Part shown: positions 11,415 to 21,754 of the stretch, piece after piece | Layout of the letters: each line of letters starts with the position of its first letter | How positions within the stretch are numbered: the first letter of the stretch is position 1 | From: Calcarisporiella thermophila CBS 279.70 | Lineage: Eukaryota > Fungi > Calcarisporiellomycota | Reading direction: 5' to 3' | Length of the DNA stretch: 50,744 nt | Assembly (NCBI RefSeq): GCF_041956535.1 | Contig: NW_027192200.1 | Coordinates: 766,737 to 817,480, forward strand | The notes under the pieces: generated by a model | Database searches by the model: none | The model's input: the letters and a program-made list of their open reading frames with translations, nothing else | Told to the model about the DNA's origin: nothing | Program-made: the position numbers and the translations under genes

Positions 11415-12696
11415 TCGTCTACCCTGAGGCGGCACCAAAATCTGGGCACAACTTGGCATCACTTATCGCGTAAAATTAGGAAGGAGGTTAAGAGATTCGA
11501 GCGGGATTGGGTTACACGCCCTTATTCGCGCTCGCCTTGTGCCCTCTGAACCGGCTGGTTTATCTAATATACCGTGGGACAGGATGTGGTTGGACCAGGC
11601 TGAACAAGGGCGGGGCCATGCGTCCTCCCACGATACATGGCCAGCACGCGCCATGTACTAACTTGCGAGGAACCTTTTCTCGTCTGTGCTATTGCGGACG
11701 GATGTCTCTTTGCTGCCTTGGGGCGAGGCCGAGCCAGCATCCCTGCTCGAGAAAGGGGAGAAGCTCCACTCCAGAGGAGAAGGCATGGTAGCCGAAGGCA
11801 CGCGCCGCACGAGAGATCAAGGCGTTGGTAGCGTCGAGGGGAGCGTGGAAGAGCATTGAACCCTCCAAATAGAACAAACCCAGGAAATGGCTCAATCCAA
11901 TCTGGCTCAACCTAATTTTGGCGCGACCAATGGGGCGCGCTCCCCTGAGCAACAGCGGATAAAAATCATGCGATAAACAACAAGCGTTTTAGCTCAATTC
12001 GGAGACGTCGCCGCTTGCGCCGAGCTCCCTATTACGCCAAGGAGGACCGCCGCGCCCCCTCAGGCGCGGAAGGGAGTCCCACATGGCCGAGCAGGTACCA
12101 CGGTTACATCCGTGCGATCCAGTATCCAAGAGACTTTGTTTGCAGTCCCGCGACTCCCGCACATGGGAACTCTGTAGGGCGGCGGGGCACGAGGGCTGGC
12201 CCGAAGGTTGCGGTCGCCCGCTTCTCCTTGGCCTCTCCCGGCCCGAGCCTGTTCTCACCCCCTGCCGCATCCTTATCTTAACCCTCGGGACTCGAATTCA
12301 AAGTTACTCGATCTCGCTTTTGTCCTGCAAGGGTGGGAACCGACACTAAGGCTGTGCCATCCGATGGAAGAGTTCAATGGAAACAAATTGGCATTGTGTA
12401 TTTGGTACTCCAGTCCACAATTTGGGCGGGACGAAAAGCCCCCTCAATACTACAGACGGGGAGAGTGTGATAATATTACAGAGAACTAGAAAAACAAGCA
12501 ACGGATAGAGGGGGAGAAACAGAAGCACAGGCAACGAGGAAGGGGACAATATATCGAGTTAGGGAGGGGGAATACTTGAGATATATGTAAATAAATAACG
12601 ATGTCGCCACCAGGGAGATATACTAAAGCGAAACAGAGTAATCTAAAGCAAGGCACAAAAGAGACTATTAAAACAGGCGAGAGAAACAATGGCATG

Positions 12697-13544
12697 TCAA
12701 CCAAGTGCGGTTGCAAGCTCTGCAAAGCTGGAGAGCTTAGGGCATGGCTGGCGAAGCTTGGGCTCGCCTTCTAGCCCCCTGCTTCCGCTATCAGAGTGGG
12801 ACGGGGAGAAGGGAGAAGATCGAGGCGACACGAACACGGTGGAGGGCAGGGCAAGGGGAGGGGGAGCCATTCGCGGCCCTGGCCGGTATTCAGAGGACGA
12901 GAGCGGGAAGTGGAGCGGTCGCTCTGCTGGGGGCGAAGGCAGCGACATCGGCTGAGGATGGCGCAAGGGAGGGGTGCTTGGCTCTGAGTGAGAAGCGGGC
13001 GAATATGCTGCACGCAGTGGCGGGGTGTGCATGCTAGGCTGGTGGTGGTGGAAGCGCTGGTACATGGCGGCGGGGGGGTAGGGGGAAGGGTGCTGCTGCG
13101 GGTGCCTCCATTGGTTTGGCCCGTATGAAAAGAGCTGGCTATTGGGCTGGTGGTAGGGGTAGTGGATGGTTCGTGAGCGGCCGCGCCGCTTAACGGTAAG
13201 GTGTGTGCGCATATGCTGCAGCATGTTGTCTTGGCGGCTGAAGCGGGAAGTGCATCCAGGGACCAGGCACGGAAAGTTCTTTTCTCCGGTATGGATGCGG
13301 TTGTGTCGGGCAAGATGGCCACTATAGGGAGTAGGGACATTGATTAGCAGGCCGTTCTATGTAGGATAGGCAGCGGGCCTTATTACCTAGTGGTGAAGCT
13401 CTTTCCACACCCCGGGTAGTTGCAAGCATACTTTCGCTTCGCAGAGGGAGTGGGAGTGGATGGGCTAGAGGAAGAGGCTTGGTCTTCGTTGAGTAAACTC
13501 ACTCTGGCGCCCTCTGCGTTCTTAATCGATAGACTTGGAGACAT
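12697..13544 (-). CDS. Nrg1-like two-finger C2H2 transcriptional repressor; one intron (about 13322-13387)
   Basis: Exon 1 MSPSLSIKNAEGARVSLLNED...KRKYACNYPGCGKSFTT splices to SGHLARHNRIHTGEKNFPCLVPGCTSRFSRQDNMLQHMRTH, nearly the Nrg1/Nrg2 finger signature FTTSGHLARHNRIHTGEK. Pro/Ser/His-rich tail. Confidence 0.88.
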
Positions 13545-15793
13545 TATCGGGGGAGAGGGGAGGAGGAGAGAGACAAGAGGGTATATGAGACAGATACAGA
13601 AGAGCAGGGTTATTCAGAAGAGAGGCTAGAAAGGCTCGGATATAGGTATGCACAAGGCGAGGTATCGAAGGGGAGAGGGGGAAGGGGGAAGAACCACAAA
13701 ATCCGGTGTGTTTGGAAAGCGAAGGAAAAAAAAAAGGAAACAAAAGCGAGGGAAAAACGTGAGTGGTGTTATAAAGGGTCCTACAGGGCACATCGAATAT
13801 TTAGTATTCAGAGCCACGCGAGATTGAAGGTTGCACGACGGCTTAAGCGGCGTTGAGTTCAATCAGAGTTAGCTATTTTTTTCCGGAATATTGTCCGCGG
13901 TTCTTTTGCTTACTAAAAACAGCTACATGGCTTTATAGTTAGCGAGAGATTGTGCAAGTAAGCTCGCGATGCTTTTCCCGGCCTCGACACGCCCGTCGAG
14001 GCAAGGATACAAGCTTTTAGACTAATGTCACGCTTAAGCTCCTTATCTTGAGATACAGCCCTCTCGAGGCGCCCCCCTCCCCTCGCCGCTCCCCCGAGCC
14101 CCCTTTTTAGGATACCAACTATAGCAAGGATTGGCATGATGGCCGCAATCTGCGGAGGGGCCGGAGGAGCCAAGGGAGAGGGAGAGAGCGGCTACAGGGC
14201 TAGATAGTGCCTGTGTACGTGAGAAAACACCAGCCGGCCCAAACCTCAAATCCCTGCTCCAAGGCATCCGAGTTAAAAGTCATGCTCTAAGCGCATGACC
14301 AGCGGGGTCATTGGAAGTGGATACAATAGAGTAGGGCCGTTGTATGAATCCTCTGGAAAATACAACCTAAATTCCTTTCATCCCAGGTCGTACAAGCCAC
14401 AACCTCCGTGGAAAACCTTGTATCCTTTGTAAACTTACCTGTGCCATCAAATCTCCTGAAACTACCCACCACGCGCCATAGTTTATTCCTGCCCGCACCT
14501 CCTCACAGTGTACAGCCGACACTTAAATTGTTGAGGTTAGTCGAGCTAAAGGGCGGGCCCCTGTATTGGGGGAGGAGGGGGCAAGGGGGAAGCTGCTTCA
14601 CATGGTGCTTGGCTTCTGCACTTGAAATCCTCGCGGGGGGCTTGATGCCACTGAGGCCGCCTCCAAATTACTCATCCTCAGCCCGGCTCGGAAGCCCGAG
14701 ACTTTTTGACACTTGGCTGCTCCGAGCGGAGAAGCGAGCGAGAGTGGGTGAGGGAGGGAGGGGGGCGAGCGAGGAGGGCGGAGGGGGAGGGAGGCGCGAA
14801 TAATTGGAAAAGTTAACGTTAACCTCGGAGGGTAATTTCCCTGGAACTCAAACCTTCAGCTTGCCTGCTTTTGCCATTTGTGCTTGTGTAATTGCACAAA
14901 ACGTGGGTAGAGAAAGCTTGTAACCATGAGCTGCTTGTACCCAAAATCGCCCGAATCTGATTTCCCGCGTATGGTAAATGGTTTCGTTCTGGGGCACAAT
15001 CGGAATTCTCGGTTTCCCCATTGGTGCCGGGCGAGGCTGATCTTGACGTGGCCAAGAGCAGCAAAAGCATTCATCCTCTCCTCCCCTCCCTTCCTATTCA
15101 CCGACGGCGAGTAGCAGGGCTGGACACCGTGGGCTTCACCGAAGGCTTGTTCGCCCCCCGACTTTCCTAAACGGGGCCGTCAAAGCCGAATTCTGGGTGA
15201 ATACAAGATAGGGTTGGGGAGGATTCGGGGGCGAGCGATGGTTTAGTGCAGGCGGACTCCATAGTATATCCACGGAGGTGATGAGCCAATCCACGCGCTA
15301 CGGCTGAGTAGGTCATCCCATTGCGCTACGTAGACGAGTTTAGGCTGACAGTAGATCCACAATAGGAGCTCCGGGGTGTCCGAAGAAACCGAAATGGAAG
15401 ACTCGGCGTATTTAGAATTGATTTTAACTTGTTTTAATAAATCCTGGGAATCCGCAGCTTGGGCTCGCACTCCCCCCCTCTCCCCCCCAAAAAACAATAA
15501 TAAGGCGGCGATTGGAATCCAGCTTTGCTCCTCCTGGCATACCCAAAGCAACTCTGATTGGTTTTGCTACAAGTTGGTAGGACTGTTTGTCGCTTAATCT
15601 CGAGGAATGATAGGATGAAGCCTTGGGGTCGAAGGGGAGAAACTAAAGCCAAGAGGCCCTTACAGGAAAAGTAAACTTAAGCTGGATTAGACTTTCTCCC
15701 TTCCCGCCCTACTCCACCTGGGAACCAGCTGCAATTATGCACATAAGTTGGGCAGTTTATTATTAATGTTGTCATTGCCGCCGTTGTTGTCGA

Positions 15794-15813
15794 TGGTGGT
15801 GGTGGTGGTGGTG
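15794..15813 (+). repeat. (GGT)n microsatellite
   Basis: tggtggtggtggtggtggtgg. Confidence 0.7.
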
Positions 15814-17955
15814 GAGCTGTGGGTGGATAAGGTGGCTCTGTGTACTCCATACTAAATTTAAAACGTAGTCAGCCATGACTATTTTCTAAATTTCGATTGA
15901 GTAAGGCCAATGGAAGCAGCGCTCCTAATATTTCTGCCATGGTTGGGTCCGCTTGAAAACATTTCTTTAAACCGGATTGAGTGATCACGGGCGATCCCAT
16001 ACAAGATCTTCGGCTGTGAATTGCAATCGACCAAGGGCGGGGTGACTTTGAAAACCCTGCATGGTTTTTCCCAAGAGAAGGACATAGCATCATACCTGTC
16101 ATAAAAAGCTTATTTTCCTTAGCATGTTGCCGTATTCGGCACCGTACTGTCCGCTTTCCAAAAATTGGCTAAGCCCGGGGAAAGTGGCGGTGGGGCTGAG
16201 CGAGTACTCTGGTTAGTCATCCCAAATGTTGTAGAGGGAGCTCATTGGACTAGGGGAGCCAAAAGATAATCTGAGCGGGCTGAATGAATTGGAAAAATGG
16301 GTCCATAGTATATAGATGTACTGGATATACTATTGCTTATGGCGTGCTCATGGCTAACTTTTATTGCCACTGATAGCGCAAATGACGAGAAGTCACTCAA
16401 CCCATCCGCCAAATTTATTGGTTCAGCCTTTTTTGCATGGAGCTACGGATGATGCTCCATAAGGCAATTAGTCTTTCTCTGGTTGGGAAAATGCATTCGG
16501 GGTTGGTTTTGGGTATTCAGCGTTTTAAAAATAGAATAACTCTATCTGTTAGAGATTATGCTGTCGCAGAGACGAGAGAAAATCTCCTATCTTGACTAGT
16601 TGCCCCGTGTCTGGCTATCTTTCAGCAATTGTCGAGCTTGGGGAGTTGATAATATGTAGTTTTTTTGCCTCTCATTTACCCATTATTTCTAACAGTTCTT
16701 TTATCCTAGTTTGCATGCGTGAAGTTGGATTCATACTTTCGAACTGTTTAATCTCTTTTTCAGGATTACACTAACAGAGTTACCGTTTACTGGAAATTTT
16801 CGACGTTTATCAAGTTTCAGCTACTATATGCTATTATATGGCTCAATAGTGCCACTTCGAAGAAATTCTCCCATACAAGTGAGTGCAATGTCTCGCCAGC
16901 AGGTAAGCTTGAAGAAGAATAAACCAATTTATCGACTTCCTCGGCCTTGACCTACATTAGGCTACTTGAAGTAAGTGAAAAGGGTCGTTTCGTCAGATCT
17001 TGATACTGGACAAGAGCTAGAGTGATGTGAAAGCAACAGGTTGAATAAAATCAACTACTCTAGGTACAAAACCAACTAAACCCTCAACATTAACTCTATT
17101 TTGGGCTTAGAATAAAGGGTGTATTCTTTATAAATGCTTCATAAATGATCAGGGTTCCTATGGGGGCATCGAATTAAATCCTTTTGTCCTTTGGATTAAC
17201 GGCTTTAGAATAATAAGCTAGAGTTAGTGATTGTGTATGGCACTACCCTTGAAGCAATATTGCAAATCTTCAGCCCTATTTTAACTTAATGAATTATGTT
17301 TGCGACAAAATCGTTAACTACTTTATTACCATAGGAAAAGTGAGTAAAATTGGATGATAGAGTAGGCAGAATACCATGTAACTTACGAATATGAATAGAA
17401 GAATTGTAGTAAATTCCACATGCCAGTTCCCAAGGGTTAACAAGCTACGCACCCTACGCACCTAGGAAAGAGGTGTTCTAATGGTGGCTGAAACCATGTA
17501 AAAGAGCTTAGCTTATCTCAACACTCTGGATATATCTTGAATGTGCATCGGTACTAAGGAGCAGGATATAGGAGTGGAATGGAGCTGTAACTCAATTGGC
17601 GCTCTGAATTAAATGGTCAAGTGCAATATGGGCTGTTTGGGTCGACTATATTGATCAATAAATTTTCGACCTCACTACCCTGAAATCATCTGGTGTTGCG
17701 AGATATCACAAAGTTGGCCCCTTATTTTGTCTTTAGGATAATAGGTTGGGTTAGAGTTTATTGTAGAAGAGCGAAAAAACATAAAAGTCTATAAAGGTAG
17801 CGCCTTCTATTTGCGATGTCTGATTCCGAAGAAACGATGGCATTCCTCTAATCCACTATTATAAATAGGGCCTTCTAATCCCCTCGTATTTAGCATCCTT
17901 TCTATTCCTACGCTCTTCCAATTCTTAAACAGTTTTCTGACAACCACGCTAAGCC

Positions 17956-18330
17956 ATGGTATATAATTTGTACCTTCTTGTCTCATCGCTACTGGCGATT
18001 GTGCAGCTGGCTTCACTTGCGGCTGCTAAATGCACAGGCGCTTGCTATGCTCCTCCATTGGCATGGGGTCCGAGATGTGAGGGATAAGGGGGCGTGCTAG
18101 GTCGCCTTGGCTATTATCATACGTACAAAGTAGAGGCAGTGAACAGCGGAGGCACCATGGTGTGTTGTTTGGGGAGGGCCTTTAGCCCAACCAACGGTGC
18201 TGAGAACTGGTACGACTTGGGATGCGGCACCAGCTACAGTAGGTCAGTGCCGTGGGGGAAAAATGCAGCTAAGCCCACGATTCAGTGTAGAGGAAACACC
18301 ACCGGGAGTTCAGTTAAATTCACATGTTGA
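17956..18330 (+). pseudogene. Small secreted Cys/Gly-rich protein (124 codons) interrupted by a single in-frame TAA at 18085-18087
   Basis: ATG 17956 gives signal peptide MVYNLYLLVSSLLAIVQLASLAAA, then KCTGACYAPPLAWGPRCEG*GGVLGRLGYYHTYKV..., continuing in frame into ORF 18094-18330 (8 Cys in total). TATA box tataaata near 17860. Confidence 0.75.
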
Positions 18331-18646
18331 AATGAGGTGCGACTTGGTTGAATTTAGTTTCACTTTAAATGCCATCCACCCGATGCGAGGAGCCGTTTTA
18401 TTGTGAAGCTGAGTAAGGATCTGTAATCCGAATAAAATGGTTTGTTTTCCTGTGATAATGACTTAAGAAATCGCTAAAAATTAGCAACCGGAGAGTGAGT
18501 GAAACTTTATTAGAGAAATACTGTGCATGGAGTAAAAGAAAACAATAAGTCTCCAATGTATAAGAAGGAAATCGGTGTCTCTTTGTACAGTGCTGTTAAG
18601 GTGAATATAATCAACCAGGATTATATTACTTGAAATTATCCACTTG

Positions 18647-19464
18647 CTATGAGCTGAAGCAATTTTGAGATTCAAGCAGTCTAATATGCCGTTGAATAAG
18701 CTGGGAACTGCAGGATGACCAGGCGCCAGCTCCGTTTCCTCTGCCAGCGCCAGCACCGGTGTTCAATACCGGGCTCATGATGTTGCCGACCTGTGAGCAA
18801 CTGGCCGCGGCTCCTTGGCCATCATGAGGGGCTATTGGAGATGACAGATGAATGAGACTCTATTATTTAGAATAATTACTTTTTCCTTACCTCCGAAATA
18901 ATGGCCTAACTCATGAGTCGCGGTGTCTCCGATTAGATTGTTTCCCCGGCCAGGATTGATCACCACAGTGTCCCGCAATCCTAACCCGGCACATTTTCGA
19001 AGCTGACCAGGTACTGGACTCAATCCGGCAACCTCGCCGCCACCCCCAATGGGCTCTCTGAATCTGGCTACAATCATGGCCATATCATTGCGGCCCAAGT
19101 CAACAGCCCTTGAACGAATCAATTCTCCAAACGATCTGAGAATTTGGTTGGAACCCGCTCCTCGGACAGGAAACTGAGATTCGGTGATGAACTCTACCTC
19201 TGGGGTGAAGGACAATCTCCTGGCACCAAGAGAGGGATCACGAGTGAATGCCTGGTTGATCACGCTATCAAATTCAGACGCTATGATGTTCTTGATTTGG
19301 TTGGGATTCTGACCACTAAGTGCATTCTCGTGCACAAAAACTTTGGTAAATATTGTGTGTGCATTGCCTGTAGGCGCCCCTCTTTGAGGTGTTTGCCGCT
19401 TGATGGGCGTAGCCAAACTAATGGAGGCAGAAGCTAAAAAGGCGAGGATGAAGAGGACTCGCAT
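18647..19464 (-). CDS. Secreted reprolysin/ADAM-type (M12B-like) zinc metalloprotease, catalytic domain only; one intron (about 18832-18890)
   Basis: Signal peptide MRVLFILAFLASASISLA followed by a KR site. Splicing (ggag|gtaagg...caatag|cccct) completes HELGHYFGAPHD, followed by Met-turn NIMSP and WSSCS; ends QNCFSS*. Confidence 0.88.
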
Positions 19465-21754
19465 GTTCGCGTGGAATTAGATACAAGAGCAGGCCTTCGA
19501 GAGTAAATGATAGTTTGCATTGCAACTTCAAGCGTATTTATATTGTTCATTCTCCACGCTTTCTCGAAATTCCCTAACCCAAGGAAGCGGACCAATGGGG
19601 TGCAAAACTTGAAATTGTTTTATGTCCCCCTAATTATCGATGATTTCATCTTTTTTCCTTCAGCTCGTCTACCACAAAAGGCATTTCCTTCTGAATATGA
19701 TGAAGAATATAGTCCCTTGGTAGGTTGATCCTTTTCTGGTGTTACTAACGGTTTGAAGCAGCATAATCAACACCCTTGTCACAATTATTAGAAATTTTCT
19801 TATGGTAGTACTGTCCCAAGGAATTTTCGAAGTACAACTACATAAAGGATCCCAACCTTAACCTTGAAGCAGGCTTCATGAACTTTGGCTAGCACAAGAG
19901 ATCCCACTCCATTAAAGCCACCTCATATACAGTCAATGTGATCTTACATAATCGTCCTTCGTAGAATCTGGATATAAAAAAATCATGCGAGTACCTTTTG
20001 TCAACCCAGGCATATAAGGGCCATGAGTTTTCTATGGAAGTTATAGGGAAATAGGCGGTGAGGGACGGTGGAAAGAATTCTTAAAGGATTGGAATCGAAA
20101 GCGTGGGGAACGCGAAAGCGGCTAAGCGAACCAAACGCAACAATTATCGAGCAAGCTTTATTATTCGTGTTTTTCCGCGAAACCCGCAGTTCATTGAATC
20201 GGGCGCACGGGTGAAAATTGATCATGGGACAAGATCACAAATCACATATACTTCCATGAGGAAAGCTAAAGTCCACGCACATCATTTCCAAGAAACCTCC
20301 AGCAGAATAGAATGTGCTCCTCCGGAGCTTAAATCAGGATTTATTTGTTTGAGTCGTGAAATTGAAATATTTAATAGTGAGTGTTAAAATGGAAGAGGCA
20401 ATATCATGTTTGCTTATAGAATAACACTATTTGCCCTGCAATCTCATTTGAGTTCCTAGATTTTTTCACTCTTCAGGTAGTTTCATACGGATTTTTTATT
20501 CATTGTAAGATGCCTATATCCTCATGGTTTGACGAGAAAGGCAAGAAAGGCACGGTACGGAAAAACGGCAGGATTGCAATGGTAAGATTGAACTCCGATC
20601 CCATGAAAAAGCTAAAACTTTGGTCCTCCCAGCTGGAAAATGAAATTAGTAAAGTTTTCTTCCTTTGGATTCTTTAGTGGGCATATACACATACATAGTC
20701 TTGTTGACTATATGCTAGTGTGCTACCCTCTAGGGAAGATGTACGCACGACCCCTCGAATGCGGAGGAAACGAGACTGGTGATGATCTAGTGAACATGGC
20801 GCTGTGTCGCGCACAGGGGAGCTTTCCTTGATCCGACCCATTTCGCGGTAGTCATCCAATCAGACAACTCAGCAGTAGTAGCTTAGATTGCTTGCCAAGT
20901 GGAATCCGGTCACAAATGAAAAGGGCAACGATACCCATCTGGGCTGAACTGATTCTTTGGAAAGTTATAACGATTGCGAAGCGCATTGCGGGAGAGAAAA
21001 AAATCTAGCAGGCGTAGAACATTGAAGAAGCGGGTGCTCTAAAAGTGAAGGAACAACAGGAATATTAGCGAAGCGAGAAATTCTTGTACCACAAGATATA
21101 GATCTGTTTTCGAACAGGGTGATCAATGATAGAAGGAGGTATATATCTTGAAGTTAGGGACCCGAAAGAAAAAGACTAAGCTGCACTATTGATATCAGCA
21201 GGGCTGTTCGAAGTTCCATGGACCGATCCTCCTTGAATCCTGATATCCCAAATGCCTCGGAGGAACAAGGTAGGGAAAATACCGAGAACGACAATCATAA
21301 TCCTGTGGTAGACATCGGCGTCGTGGATCCCAATGATGAAGCAAAAAGTAACCAGAACTGTGGTCATGCTATTCAGAGAGCTAAACCTGAATACGTTTAG
21401 CGTTCATCCGCCCACTGATAAACAAGCGATATCAAATAACAGCATGATACATCTCCAAAGAGCTCTCAGGGCGTAGGGAACAGAAGAAGTAACTATCAAA
21501 ATGATAGGTGGAGTAGCCTGTCAATCAGTGAAGCTTCCTTATGGCAGCCCACAAATCTTGGGAGGAGTTAGTAGAGCTTTTAGCGCATAAAAACTGGGAT
21601 GGTGCTAAAACCTATTGAGCACCTTACCCAATCTATCAAGTTTTCTCAGTATTTCATTCTAAGATATTAATAACTAAGTTCAACCTTCTTGCGTTTAAAT
21701 TATTGAGACTGTGCTGTCCATATTTATTCCATTTCCCCTTATTGAAACAATTTT

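Noticed and set aside
12055-12315. SRP-like CAGG..GGAA..AG motif and RNase P-like ACTCGAATTCAAAGTTACTC
   Set aside because: The helix-8 AGCAG is absent and the stem is mismatched; P4 pairing and spacing are not consistent. Kept only as a generic structured-RNA candidate.
13981-14002. 8-bp GC hairpin (gcctcgac/gtcgaggc) as a Helitron 3' end
   Set aside because: No CTRR terminus at the expected distance and no Rep/helicase remnants nearby.
14990-15175. Minus-strand TAGGAAAGTCGG and downstream GAATTCCGATTG resembling RNase P/MRP CR-I and CR-V
   Set aside because: Spacing is short, no P1 terminal helix could be formed, and CR-II to CR-IV were not found.
18085-18087. Stop-codon reassignment (TAA as sense) explaining the internal stop
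   Set aside because: TAA is the normal terminator of CRM1, RSP5, COQ2 and both Uma2 genes in this window, and conserved exons contain no internal TAA.
20450-21550. Coding-like patches (20640-20831, 21218-21400), possibly a transposon relic
   Set aside because: Many stops and no motif I could assign; not supportable as a feature.
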